The translations under genes were made by a program, and so were the position numbers. Below the pieces are notes generated by a model. That model searched no databases, was not told the origin of the DNA, and saw nothing but the letters and a program-made list of their open reading frames with translations. A DNA stretch of 37,021 bases from a virus, in UHGV virus genome UHGV-0052423; one strand, 5' to 3'. This document shows positions 8,449-18,575 of this stretch, piece after piece (within the stretch, counting starts at the first letter, position 1; each line of letters begins with the position of its first letter).

Positions 8449-10108
8449 AGAAATTGATGATTATCTCAAATATGCCAAAGAGCATCCAAAGTGGATAAAC
8501 AAGAAAAGAAAATTACTCATAGAAAACATCGTTAAGCCAACATTAAAGCGAAACGATGTTTTTTTTGATGAAAAAACGTACAGGAACTGCTTACAGTATT
8601 GCAAGTCCAATTTCTATGAGCTTTTCCCGTTCCAGAAGTTCATCTATGCATTCGCATTCATGTACAAGGATGACATCCCAGTATTTTCCAAGTTCTTCAT
8701 CAAGGAAGGACGTGGAAATGGTAAGGATGGATTCATCGTGCCGCTGGTAAATTTCTTTCAGACTCCGCTCTACGGAGTGAAAAATTACCATGTTGAAATT
8801 GTGGCGAACTCAGAGAGCCAGGTTAAGGACACATTCAAGGTAGCTTATGACATGCTACATGATAATCCAAAATTCAAGGGAAAGTTTTCGGTCACAAAGG
8901 AACTTATCACGAACCTGGCAACAGGATCGGAGATGAAATACAACACTTCGAACGCAAAGACCAAGGATGGTAAGCGAACAGGATGTCTTGTCCTGAACGA
9001 AATCCATGCCTACGAGAACTATGACCAGATCAATGTATTTGAATCCTCTTTTGGTAAGGTCAAGCATTCGAGAGAGTTCATCATCACAACAGATGGATAT
9101 GTCAGAGACGGTCCACTGGATGAAATTTCGGCAATGTGCGCTGAGATTTTGGAGACGGGAGAGAATCTGCTAGGGTACTTCCCGTTCATCTGCGAGATTG
9201 ATGACATGAAAGAAATCGATGATCCAGAGGCATGGCATAAGGCGAACCCATCAATGGAATACATGCCAATTCTTGCGAATCAGATCATGCATGATTACCT
9301 GGAAATGAAGAAGATCCCTTCCAAGCGTGCGGAGTTCATTACAAAACGAATGGACAGATCAGCGCGGAAGGAAGAGGAGACGGTCACAACATGGCAGAAT
9401 GTCCTGCGGGCTTGCTATGAGGGTGAGACAATGGAAGAACTGGAGCGAAAGATTCCACGGATAACATTGGACACACGGGGACAGGCAGCAGTTATTGGAA
9501 TTGATTATGCAGACGTAAGGGACTTCGCATCAGCCGGAATATTGACCAAGACGGATGAGGGAGAGTACATCTGGCGGCAGCATACATGGATCTGTGCGGA
9601 TTCTCCATTTATTGATTCCATCAAGTTCCCGCTGAGAAATGCAGGACAGACCGAGTTTGAAGACTTTGAGATTGTTCCAGGTCCGGTGATTGATGTGAAT
9701 CTGATTGCTGACTGGTGTATGGAACAGATGAACTATTACAATGTTAAGAAAATTGCAATGGATACTTATAGATACAAACTTTTTGAAATGGCTTTTAGTG
9801 AGCGTGAAATATCAATTGAAGATAAGAAGAATCCATATGGAATTGTGCGCTTAATCCGAAAGATAACGTCAGCAACTGGAATAATTGCTCCGTTTATTCA
9901 AGCTGCATTTAGTTTGGGGCAGATTAACTACGGACCGTCGGCGATCATGCGTTGGTATACCAATAATACAAGCGTGAGTGAGGATAAGTTCGGAAACAAG
10001 ATGTTCGGAAAAATTGAGCCGAAGTTAAGAAAGAATGATGGATTTATGGCTTTTGATGTTGCAATGTTCTGCAAGGATGAGCTGGAAGTTCAGATGGTCT
10101 ATATTTGA
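8435..10108 (+). CDS. terL: terminase large subunit
   Basis: 557 aa; an ATPase region and a nuclease region ('CLVLNEIHAYENYD', 'IGIDYADVRDFAS'). Confidence 0.85.
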   Translation: MVTCKEIDDYLKYAKEHPKWINKKRKLLIENIVKPTLKRNDVFFDEKTYRNCLQYCKSNFYELFPFQKFIYAFAFMYKDDIPVFSKFFIKEGRGNGKDGFIVPLVNFFQTPLYGVKNYHVEIVANSESQVKDTFKVAYDMLHDNPKFKGKFSVTKELITNLATGSEMKYNTSNAKTKDGKRTGCLVLNEIHAYENYDQINVFESSFGKVKHSREFIITTDGYVRDGPLDEISAMCAEILETGENLLGYFPFICEIDDMKEIDDPEAWHKANPSMEYMPILANQIMHDYLEMKKIPSKRAEFITKRMDRSARKEEETVTTWQNVLRACYEGETMEELERKIPRITLDTRGQAAVIGIDYADVRDFASAGILTKTDEGEYIWRQHTWICADSPFIDSIKFPLRNAGQTEFEDFEIVPGPVIDVNLIADWCMEQMNYYNVKKIAMDTYRYKLFEMAFSEREISIEDKKNPYGIVRLIRKITSATGIIAPFIQAAFSLGQINYGPSAIMRWYTNNTSVSEDKFGNKMFGKIEPKLRKNDGFMAFDVAMFCKDELEVQMVYI

Positions 10109-10120
10109 CAGGAGAAAGAT

Positions 10121-11275
10121 ATGTTTAATTTTCTATTTCAAGACAGAAATAAAGAAATACAATCATTAGCGGAAGTGATTTCGTTAGATATGGCAAAGGT
10201 GAATCTATCGAAATTGGCTATTGAAAAGGCTATGTTAATGATAGCAAAAGCAATCGCAAAATCTGACATATTAATTCAGACGGACAACAAAGAAAAAAGA
10301 AAAGAGGAATACAGGCTAAACATCCAACCAAATGACCACGAGTGTGGAACGGTGTTCTGGACAGAGGTGGTAAAGGAATTGCTTACAACGACAGAAGTTG
10401 TGATTATTCCATTAGGTGGGAAATATTACAGAGCGTCATCATGGCAGACAACAGATAGTGTGTTAACGGAACGCACATATAGGGATATAACGCTTACATG
10501 TGCGGGATACGACTATTCGATATATAAAAGTTTCAGATCATCTGAAGTAATACATCTGAGATACGATAATGCACGAATTAGACTGTATTTGCAGAATGTA
10601 GTCGGACAGTATGACAAGACACTTGAAGCAGTAAATACGATGATGCGCTTGTCAAGCCAGCCGCGATTCAAATTAAAAACAGGCGACAATCAAGTATTTG
10701 CGGAAGAATTGGATGATGGAACAAAAAGAAGAACAACTAGAAGTAAGTATCTGGAGAAAATAAAAAGGTTGTTGGAATCGGATGAGCTGCTAGTATTTCC
10801 GGAATCGACAGGAGTAACGCTAGAAAGTATGCAAATTACAACAAATGTAAAGGCAGAGGAACTGGCGAAGATGGCTCTACAGATCAACAATGAGGTGGCT
10901 AATGCATTTGATATTCCGGAGGCGGTGTTCAACGGAAACATCACGGAAAAATCAGATGCAACCAATGAGTTTATAACGTATGCAGTAAGCCCTATAGCGG
11001 AAGTGATTAATGATACATTGACAGCTTACAAAATCGGAATAAATGATTATTGCAAGGAAAAAGAAAAAGTCATGGTATGGCTGGCACGTTTCAAGCACGT
11101 GGATGTGGTAGACAGTGCTGTAAATCTGGATAAGCTCCGTGGAATCGGATTTAATTACGATGAAATCCGGGAAATGGTAGGTTATCCGTTACTTAATACA
11201 GAATTCAGTCAGGCAAGAGCATTGACGAAAAACTATGGAGAGGAGGACAACAGTAATGCGGCACAGGAAACCTGA
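10121..11275 (+). CDS. portal protein (HK97 family)
   Basis: 384 aa following TerL; 'NAFDIPEAVFNG' portal-like motif. Confidence 0.8.
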   Translation: MFNFLFQDRNKEIQSLAEVISLDMAKVNLSKLAIEKAMLMIAKAIAKSDILIQTDNKEKRKEEYRLNIQPNDHECGTVFWTEVVKELLTTTEVVIIPLGGKYYRASSWQTTDSVLTERTYRDITLTCAGYDYSIYKSFRSSEVIHLRYDNARIRLYLQNVVGQYDKTLEAVNTMMRLSSQPRFKLKTGDNQVFAEELDDGTKRRTTRSKYLEKIKRLLESDELLVFPESTGVTLESMQITTNVKAEELAKMALQINNEVANAFDIPEAVFNGNITEKSDATNEFITYAVSPIAEVINDTLTAYKIGINDYCKEKEKVMVWLARFKHVDVVDSAVNLDKLRGIGFNYDEIREMVGYPLLNTEFSQARALTKNYGEEDNSNAAQET

Positions 11276-11344
11276 TTAGACGGAGGTGATCCAAGTATCT
11301 CGGAGCTGTCCGTTAAACAGTAATAACAGGGAAAGGAAGAGAAC

Positions 11345-12103
11345 ATGGAACAGAAAAAAGTTGTGTATAGATTTCAGCAGACGGATAACGTGCATGAGAT
11401 TTTCATTTTTGATGAGATTAGAAAAATCGGTCCGTTCAACTGGGATACATGGCAGTATGATGACTCTGAGACATCAGCTAAGCACTTCAAGGAACTTCTG
11501 GATGCAATTCCGGAAACAGACGAGATCAAGATCTATTTCAACAGCAATGGTGGAAGCGTAGACCAGGGAACAGCTATCTACAACATGCTTCAGCAGCATG
11601 GATCCTATAAGACGGGAATTGTAATGGGCGGATGTCATTCGATTGCCTTTACGATTCTGCAGGCGTGTGATAAGCGTATCATGGGACAGGGAACAACGGC
11701 CATTATCCATGATATGTGGGAGACAGTCACAGGAAATGCGGCGGATCTGAGAGCAGAAGCAGACAATCTGGATGTAGCAATGGACAGTTGTGTAGCTCTG
11801 TTCATGCAGAGAGCTACAGTTTCAGAAGAGGAGCTCCGGGAGATGATGCATAAGACTACAACCTTATCTCCACAGAAAGCTCTGGAGTATGGTCTGATTG
11901 ATGAGATTGGCGTTGCACAGAAAGAAGATGATCCGGATGTGAAACTGCAGGAGGTGCTCAAAGAAAACAAGGCGCTTCAGATGGAATTGAGGAGCAGAAA
12001 TGAGCATCAGAAGCAGTTAGCTGAATTCTATCAGCTGACTCATAAGAAAAAAGAGAAGACGGAAGAAAAGGATAGCACCGGTTGGGGTGCATTTTTTGGT
12101 TAG
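11345..12103 (+). CDS. ClpP-like prohead (head maturation) protease
   Basis: 'IKIYFNSNGGSVDQGTAIYNMLQQH' matches the ClpP/prohead protease signature; sits between portal and capsid. Confidence 0.8.
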   Translation: MEQKKVVYRFQQTDNVHEIFIFDEIRKIGPFNWDTWQYDDSETSAKHFKELLDAIPETDEIKIYFNSNGGSVDQGTAIYNMLQQHGSYKTGIVMGGCHSIAFTILQACDKRIMGQGTTAIIHDMWETVTGNAADLRAEADNLDVAMDSCVALFMQRATVSEEELREMMHKTTTLSPQKALEYGLIDEIGVAQKEDDPDVKLQEVLKENKALQMELRSRNEHQKQLAEFYQLTHKKKEKTEEKDSTGWGAFFG

Positions 12104-12117
12104 GAGGAAATAACAGA

Positions 12118-13269
12118 ATGAAGATTGAAGGATTAAGCCAGGAAGTAAAAGACAAAGTAAAACAGTTGCTGGATAATGCTCCGGCAGATCAGAAAGCAGA
12201 TGCTATCATGCAGTCAATCGAGATGATCGAAGAAGCAGCACACGCAGATCTGATCAATCAGGTTGTAGCAGAAGCAGAAAGAGCAGGTCATGATGCAGAT
12301 TACAAGAAACAGCTCGGACTCCGCAACCTGTCCCAGGAAGAGAAGAAATTCTATGAGGGATTCAAGGACGTTAAGCAGTCAATTACTGCAAATCAGATTG
12401 ATATCATCCCAACGGAGATTATTGACCGCACACTGGATGATGTGAAGAAAGCATCCAATATCCTGAAGCTGGTGAACATGGCTCCTGCAAATGTGAAAAA
12501 GTGGATCGTAGCATCTCATTCAGGAACAGCAGAGTGGGGAGAACTCACAGCAGCAATTGCAGGAGAGTTATCAATGGAGTTTTCTGCATTGAACATTGAA
12601 CTGTGCAAACTCACTGCATATCTTGTGATTCCAAAAGCAATCCGCGAGCTGTCAATGGAGTTTGTTGATCGCTACTTTAGAGCGATTCTTGCAGAAGCAA
12701 TGCAGGATGGTCTCGTTAAGGGATATATTGATGGAGATGGGAAAAACGCTCCGATTGGCATTTTCCGTAAACTTGAAGAATCCGAAGTTGATGGAACAAA
12801 GAAAGCAAAGGAAGTAAAGAAAAATATTACAAAGTTCAGCCCGAAGGGTCTTGCAGAAGTAAGAAAGATTCTTACCAATGATGGAAAACGTGTGGTAGAT
12901 AAGCTGTATCTGGTGTGCAATCCATCCGATGAAGCAGAGTACGTTGATCCTTGCATGTTCGGAGAGGCTCTGACAGGTGGATATATCAACAAATCCTTTA
13001 TTGATATTGAGAAGATTGTAGATGCTAATGTACCGAAAGGAAAGGCAGCATTTACCATTGCTGGATATTACACAATGGGAACAACCGGCGTTCGCGTCAA
13101 AGAGTATGATCAGACAAAGGCCATGGATGATGCAGATCTGATTATTGCAGTATGCAACGCCAACGGTCGTGCGGTAGATGATAACGTGGCAGTTGTCTTC
13201 GATGTGACAAAACTGGAAGAGTATGTGCTTCCTGTAACACAGGTAACAGTTCCGCAGACGAAGGAGTAA
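12118..13269 (+). CDS. major capsid protein (HK97 fold)
   Basis: RBS ttaggaggaaataacagaATG; ~383 aa; position after the protease; typical HK97 MCP composition. Confidence 0.8.
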   Translation: MKIEGLSQEVKDKVKQLLDNAPADQKADAIMQSIEMIEEAAHADLINQVVAEAERAGHDADYKKQLGLRNLSQEEKKFYEGFKDVKQSITANQIDIIPTEIIDRTLDDVKKASNILKLVNMAPANVKKWIVASHSGTAEWGELTAAIAGELSMEFSALNIELCKLTAYLVIPKAIRELSMEFVDRYFRAILAEAMQDGLVKGYIDGDGKNAPIGIFRKLEESEVDGTKKAKEVKKNITKFSPKGLAEVRKILTNDGKRVVDKLYLVCNPSDEAEYVDPCMFGEALTGGYINKSFIDIEKIVDANVPKGKAAFTIAGYYTMGTTGVRVKEYDQTKAMDDADLIIAVCNANGRAVDDNVAVVFDVTKLEEYVLPVTQVTVPQTKE

Positions 13270-13272
13270 GCT

Positions 13273-13578
13273 ATGAAGACCGGGAAGATGACAGGGGAAG
13301 AATTGGAAAAGCTCGTAAATGAGATGCGGGAAGAATTTCAGATCCCGCCATATTACCGGGACAGTCAGTTGAAGAATCTTGCAAAAGAAGGTGAGCAGAC
13401 AGTCGGGAGCCTGAATCCCGGCTGTAGCGTCACGGAGGATTTAACTTACAGGATGCTTTTGAAGAATTACATGTATTATGCTTTTCATCATCGTGTAAGT
13501 GAATTCATGGATAATTATGCAAGCGTTATTTTGACCTGGCAGATGGAAACGGAGGTTGAAGACAATGACATTACCTGA
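13273..13578 (+). CDS. head-tail connector (gp6-like)
   Basis: ~100 aa directly after the MCP; RBS gaaggagtaagctATG. Confidence 0.5.
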   Translation: MKTGKMTGEELEKLVNEMREEFQIPPYYRDSQLKNLAKEGEQTVGSLNPGCSVTEDLTYRMLLKNYMYYAFHHRVSEFMDNYASVILTWQMETEVEDNDIT

Positions 13579-13909
13579 GTATACAGACGGTGTATTGGAG
13601 TTGTATCGGATTGAAGAAGATACTTCAAAGGACTATCCAGAAGAAAGGCTCCGCGCAACTAACGAGAGAATATGGTACAGGGAACTTTCCGTATACGATA
13701 CAACAAGGGCAAAACTGGCAGCAGCCAGCGTTGAGGTGACGATGAAACTTGCGATTCCGCAGTACAAGAAGATCAACAGTAAGTGCGTGTGCATGATAGA
13801 CGGTAAACAGCACGAGATTTACAACGTTGCACACGTAACCACGAAAGATGGATTCAAAGAATCTGAGCTGACATTGAAAACGCTAGCATACGACAGAGAG
13901 GTGATCTGA
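13556..13909 (+). CDS. head closure / head-tail adaptor protein
   Basis: Size and position. Confidence 0.45.
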   Translation: MKTMTLPEYTDGVLELYRIEEDTSKDYPEERLRATNERIWYRELSVYDTTRAKLAAASVEVTMKLAIPQYKKINSKCVCMIDGKQHEIYNVAHVTTKDGFKESELTLKTLAYDREVI

Positions 13910-14241
13910 TGACACAGGGAGAATTAAGCAGGATTTTACACGAGTTAGACTGCCCGGTAAACGAGGGAGTTAGCAGTCTCAAAAATACAATGAAATTTCC
14001 AAGGATTGATTATTGGGAAATCGTCTGGGAAGATATTGTGGCATCAGGAGAAGAATATGCAGAGAAGATAACCTGGCAGATCAGTTTTTATGCAAGGAAG
14101 CCACGGGACAGAAAGCTTCTGGAACTTCGGGATGCGTTGAGAAAGTTAGGATTTCATCCAATGATATCCCATGAATACAACACAGAAGATAATATCTGGC
14201 ATTCTTATTTCGCAATTGAAACGGATGGTAGTGCCATATGA
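13909..14241 (+). CDS. neck/tail-completion hypothetical protein
   Basis: Position only. Confidence 0.35.
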   Translation: MTQGELSRILHELDCPVNEGVSSLKNTMKFPRIDYWEIVWEDIVASGEEYAEKITWQISFYARKPRDRKLLELRDALRKLGFHPMISHEYNTEDNIWHSYFAIETDGSAI

Positions 14242-14624
14242 GCAGAACATACAATGGAGCGGAGATCGAGTTTGATGATTCTGGGATGGAAGACTTTGAG
14301 ATGATGCTGAAACAGTATGCGAAGCAGGTAGATCCGGAAAGCGCATTGGATGCGATAGAAGCAGGGACAAAAGAATTTGTGAATGATCTGTTGAAATTAC
14401 CGAAGCCGAGAAGTGCTGTGAGAAAGCCAGGATATACCCATCTAATTGATACATTTGCAATGGAAAGAACACAGGGAGAAATCAAAGTTGGATGGGGCAA
14501 ATATTATGGACCAATGGTGGAGCATGGAACAAAGAAAATGACAGCAAGGGCACACTTGAAGCCGCTGTTTGAACAGAATAAAGAAAAATACTACAGGAAA
14601 ATGACAGAGCAGATTTTCAGTTAG
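14238..14624 (+). CDS. HK97 gp10-like tail component
   Basis: 128 aa immediately before the major tail gene. Confidence 0.45.
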   Translation: MSRTYNGAEIEFDDSGMEDFEMMLKQYAKQVDPESALDAIEAGTKEFVNDLLKLPKPRSAVRKPGYTHLIDTFAMERTQGEIKVGWGKYYGPMVEHGTKKMTARAHLKPLFEQNKEKYYRKMTEQIFS

Positions 14625-14633
14625 GAGGCAGAC

Positions 14634-15251
14634 ATGGGAATTAAAACAAAAAAACCGCCAATGAAGCAGACTGTAGGAGCACAGTATCTGTGTTTCGCCA
14701 ATGCAGATGAGTCAGGCGGATATGATGGTACATATGAGGCAGATGTTGAGAAAACAGAAGTCGTAAAGAATGTTAAAGTAACAGAAAATTCAGAGACAAG
14801 AGACGTCTATGCATCAGGTAAGGTCTATGATTCAGACACACCAACGTCAAGCATTGACATTGAGGTAGAGGTAATTGCATTCCCGGATGATACAATCTCA
14901 AGAATGAGAGGGGATACCGTAGGCACAAGCGGTCTGATCTTATCAGGAGGTAACAGCGAACGTCCTGTATTCGGATATGGAAAGGTTGTCCTGTTAAAGG
15001 ATGGAAAATGCAGATATGAATGGTATCCAAAATGCAAGCTGACAGAAAACTCAGATGATATTGCAACATCAGAAGAAAAGGCAAGCGAGCAGACAGATAC
15101 ATTGAAGATCAGGGCGTATCCATTTGACGCAGCAGGAAACATTGTATGCAAGGTAACAGAATCCACAGCACCGGCGGGACTGACAGAAGAGAAGTTCTTT
15201 GCAAAGCCGATTCTGACAGAGGCAGATCTTACGGCAGCAGTAGGAGAGTGA
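14634..15251 (+). CDS. major tail protein
   Basis: 205 aa; strong RBS ttaggaggcagacATG; position before the chaperone/tape-measure genes. Confidence 0.65.
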   Translation: MGIKTKKPPMKQTVGAQYLCFANADESGGYDGTYEADVEKTEVVKNVKVTENSETRDVYASGKVYDSDTPTSSIDIEVEVIAFPDDTISRMRGDTVGTSGLILSGGNSERPVFGYGKVVLLKDGKCRYEWYPKCKLTENSDDIATSEEKASEQTDTLKIRAYPFDAAGNIVCKVTESTAPAGLTEEKFFAKPILTEADLTAAVGE

Positions 15252-15255
15252 TCAT

Positions 15256-15588
15256 ATGAAGTCCAAGTTAATTGAATTAACAGACGGATCGAAACTGGAA
15301 GTGAAAGTCAATTTTTACACGCTGTATCTGGTGAAAATGAATGGGATTGACAAGAAACTGGATGGAAGAGATGACCTGACAGAAGAAGAGAATATGGAAC
15401 TGGCTGGAAAGATGATTTACGTGATCCTTCGGTCGAATGGATTAAAAGTAGATGAAGAAGAGGCGATGATGCTGACGCCAATGGATACAAAAAGCATCCA
15501 GGATATTTTCAATGAGTTTGAAAAAAGACTCAAAGAATATAAAAAAAAAGAACAGGCGAAGAAGTCGGTTGCTCCAAAGAAAAAGTAG
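15256..15588 (+). CDS. tail assembly chaperone (gpG-like)
   Basis: 110 aa between major tail and tape measure; acidic. Confidence 0.6.
   Translation: MKSKLIELTDGSKLEVKVNFYTLYLVKMNGIDKKLDGRDDLTEEENMELAGKMIYVILRSNGLKVDEEEAMMLTPMDTKSIQDIFNEFEKRLKEYKKKEQAKKSVAPKKK
15541..15550 (+). promoter_or_regulatory. programmed -1 ribosomal frameshift slippery heptamer (A AAA AAG in poly-A)
   Basis: aaaaaaaaag in frame as AAA AAA AAA G. Confidence 0.5.
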
Positions 15589-15737
15589 ATATCAACTGGG
15601 CAGAATATATGGTCTGTGCGAGGAAAATGGGAATGAGCGAAGAAGAATTCTGGAACTCAGATCCTGTTTTTTTTAACGAATGTTTAGAGATATTTTCAGA
15701 GATGGAAAGACAGAAGGGAGGTGCGCTGCATGGATAA
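15541..15737 (+). CDS. -1 frame extension of the tail assembly chaperone (gpGT-like fusion), entered at slippery site A AAA AAA AAG
   Basis: The -1 frame opens immediately after a TAA at 15540-15542 and runs to TAA at 15735-15737 ('KKRTGEEVGCSKEKVDINWAEYMVCARKMGMSEEEFWNSDPVFFNECLEIFSEMERQKGGALHG'). An A9 run at 15541-15549 sits in the chaperone gene. Confidence 0.5.
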
Positions 15738-17877
15738 TGGATTAAAGACGGTAGGTCTTAGTTTTAAGGCAGATGGAACTGTTGATTTCAGAAAATCACT
15801 GACAGATGTGAATAATGCTGTAAATGAGAACAGATCAGCATTTAAGCTTGCTAAATCAGAGTGGGACAAGAGCACATCATCAGCGGAGAAGCTGAGAGCT
15901 ACACAGGAATATTTACAGAATCAGACAGAAACATACACAGCAAAAGTTGAAAGACTGACGGAAATTCTGAAAGCACAGGAGAGTGCAGAGGTCAGAGATG
16001 AAGCGGCAATATCAAAGACCAGGCAGCAGTTGGATAATGCAAAAGCCTCTTTGAATAATTATAAAAGCGGTCTTGAAGATGTCAATAAGAAGCTGGAAAG
16101 TGGAGCAGCTACACTGGAAGATTACTCGAAAAAAGTGAAAAATTTCAGTGATACAACAGGAAAGGTCGGAAGTTCTCTCAACAAGAATGTTACGGCGCCG
16201 ATCGCGGCGGCATCTGCCGGTATTATGGCAGCCTGGGAACAGGTAGATGAGGGAATGGACATCATTGTGGAGAAAACAGGAGCCACGGGAGATGCTCTAG
16301 AAGAGATGCAGACTTCGGCGAGAAACATTGCAAAAAGTATTCCGACAGATTTTGTAACGGCTGGATCAGCAGTTGGAGAAGTAAACACACGATTCCACCT
16401 AACGGGACAGGAACTGGAAGATCTATCTTCTAAGTTTGTAAAGTTTGCGGAATTAAATGATACGGATGTTTCTTCGTCAATTGATAACACGCAGAAGGTA
16501 ATGGAAGCATTTAATCTGACGGCAGAAGATGCTGGAGCCCTGCTCGATACAATGAATAAGGTTGGACAGGATACGGGAATCTCTATGGATACATTGGCAT
16601 CCACAATGGTTTCAAATGCAGCCTCTTTGAAAGAGCTTGGAATGTCAGCGGCAGATGCAGCGGCATTCCTGGGACAGTGCGAAACATCAGGAGTAGATAC
16701 CAGCGCGGTAATGGCAGGATTGAAAAAAGCTCTCGTGAATGCTTCAGGAGAAGGAAAAACAATGAAAGAGGCTCTTTCAGAACTGCAGAATACTATGCTG
16801 AATGCAGAAAGTTCAACAGATGCCTATAATGCAGCCGTTGATTTATTTGGATCGAAAGCAGGACCAGCACTGGCAGAATTCTGTAAGGATGGAAAACTGA
16901 ATTTTGAGGAACTGGGAGCCTCTCTGAATGATAATCTTGGAAACATAGACGATACATTCAATGCAACACTGGATCCGGCGGATCAGTTCAAGGTCACACT
17001 GAATGAACTGAAAGATGCTGGATATGATGTGGGAAATGCATTGGGACCTGTACTTGCGGAGTGCCTTCAGACGGTAACACCAATCTTGAAAGATCTTATA
17101 GGATCCTGGAATTCCCTGTCACCTGAAACACAGGAGATGATTATTAAATGCGCATTGCTTGTGGCGGCATTAGGTCCGGTGTTCAGCATAATAAGTAAAG
17201 TATCGGGCGGCATATCCTCGATGATAGATATCGGGGCGAAGATTGCACCGGTTATTTCAGGGGCAAGCGAGACGTTTACGGCGTTTAATGCCGTACTTGC
17301 AGCAAATCAGGTTCTTCTGGTTGTGGCAGCAGTCATAGCCCTGATCGCTATTTTTGTTGTGCTGTACAATAAGTGCGAATGGTTCCGTGATGGTGTCAAC
17401 TCTGTATTTTGTGGAATACGGGATTTTATAAAAGGCGTGATCGATAAAATAAAAGATTTCATGAATTTTGAATGGAAACTTCCAAAGATCAAGCTCCCGC
17501 ACTTTAAAGCGAGTGGTGAGTGGTCACTGATACCGCCAAAAGTTCCGAAGTTCTCGGTAGACTGGTACGCAAACGGAGGTATCCTGAACAGTCCGACGAT
17601 TTTCGGAATGAATGGCAATACAGCCCTGGGAGGCGGTGAAGCAGGGAAAGAGGCGGTACTTCCAATCGATCTGCTGAAGACTTATATCCGGGACGAAATG
17701 CAGGCGAACAACTATGCACTGGCACAGCTGATTGCAGAAGCACTATCAGAGATGTCCCTGGTAATTGAAAATCAGATTCAGCTGGGAGACAAGAAACTGG
17801 CAGATGTTCTGGTTGATGCAATCATTAAGAAAATGTCACAGAATATTAAGTGGAAGAAAGGAGCTGCCGGCGTATGA
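15730..17877 (+). CDS. tail tape measure protein
   Basis: ~715 aa; coiled-coil N-terminus; 'GMDIIVEKTGATGDALEEMQ' TP901-type TMP core; C-terminal hydrophobic segments. Confidence 0.85.
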   Translation: MDNGLKTVGLSFKADGTVDFRKSLTDVNNAVNENRSAFKLAKSEWDKSTSSAEKLRATQEYLQNQTETYTAKVERLTEILKAQESAEVRDEAAISKTRQQLDNAKASLNNYKSGLEDVNKKLESGAATLEDYSKKVKNFSDTTGKVGSSLNKNVTAPIAAASAGIMAAWEQVDEGMDIIVEKTGATGDALEEMQTSARNIAKSIPTDFVTAGSAVGEVNTRFHLTGQELEDLSSKFVKFAELNDTDVSSSIDNTQKVMEAFNLTAEDAGALLDTMNKVGQDTGISMDTLASTMVSNAASLKELGMSAADAAAFLGQCETSGVDTSAVMAGLKKALVNASGEGKTMKEALSELQNTMLNAESSTDAYNAAVDLFGSKAGPALAEFCKDGKLNFEELGASLNDNLGNIDDTFNATLDPADQFKVTLNELKDAGYDVGNALGPVLAECLQTVTPILKDLIGSWNSLSPETQEMIIKCALLVAALGPVFSIISKVSGGISSMIDIGAKIAPVISGASETFTAFNAVLAANQVLLVVAAVIALIAIFVVLYNKCEWFRDGVNSVFCGIRDFIKGVIDKIKDFMNFEWKLPKIKLPHFKASGEWSLIPPKVPKFSVDWYANGGILNSPTIFGMNGNTALGGGEAGKEAVLPIDLLKTYIRDEMQANNYALAQLIAEALSEMSLVIENQIQLGDKKLADVLVDAIIKKMSQNIKWKKGAAGV

Positions 17878-18575
17878 TGATGGAGGTTGAGTATAATGGA
17901 ATCCCAGGATCAAACTTTGGGGTCTATGCCAAGAATCTGCCAACCATTCCACCGGCAGTGAAAAAAGCTTCTTCTGTGGAGATTGCCGGGAGGGATGGAA
18001 CTTTATATCTGTTGGATGGAGGATATGAATCTACTGAGATCAAGGTGGATTTCAACTGGATCGGAAAGGAAGAACAGTGGATTGACCGGTGGGGACAGAT
18101 ACAGAAGTGGCTATCTGAAAGGAACAGCCACCTGAGTTTCGGGTCTGATCCATCCTGCTTCTATAAGATTATGAAAGTAGAGCTGGATCAAGCAGAACAT
18201 ACCACTGCAAGAATTGGAAATTTCAGTGCAAGTTTCCTTACAGAGAATGGTCTGCGTTATCTGGTGGAAGGTCAGAATGAACACTCGATAGAGGATGTCG
18301 GGTGGAATCCTTATGAGATTTCCTGTCCGGTCTATAAGATATATGGAGAAGGAAAGTGTGATCTTGTAGTCAATGGAAATCACATGACTGCAAACGTAGG
18401 ACAGAATCTTGTGATCGATACAGAGCGGGAACTTGCCTACAGAGAAGATGGAACATTAAGCAATACGGCTATATCTGGCGATTATGAAGAACTCTTCTTA
18501 CAGGAAGGGGAAAACAGCGTGACAATTACAGAGGGATTTGAATTAAAGATTATCCCGAACTGGAGGCGCTTATGA
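17874..18575 (+). CDS. distal tail protein (Dit-like)
   Basis: ~233 aa directly after the TMP. Confidence 0.55.
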   Translation: MMMEVEYNGIPGSNFGVYAKNLPTIPPAVKKASSVEIAGRDGTLYLLDGGYESTEIKVDFNWIGKEEQWIDRWGQIQKWLSERNSHLSFGSDPSCFYKIMKVELDQAEHTTARIGNFSASFLTENGLRYLVEGQNEHSIEDVGWNPYEISCPVYKIYGEGKCDLVVNGNHMTANVGQNLVIDTERELAYREDGTLSNTAISGDYEELFLQEGENSVTITEGFELKIIPNWRRL

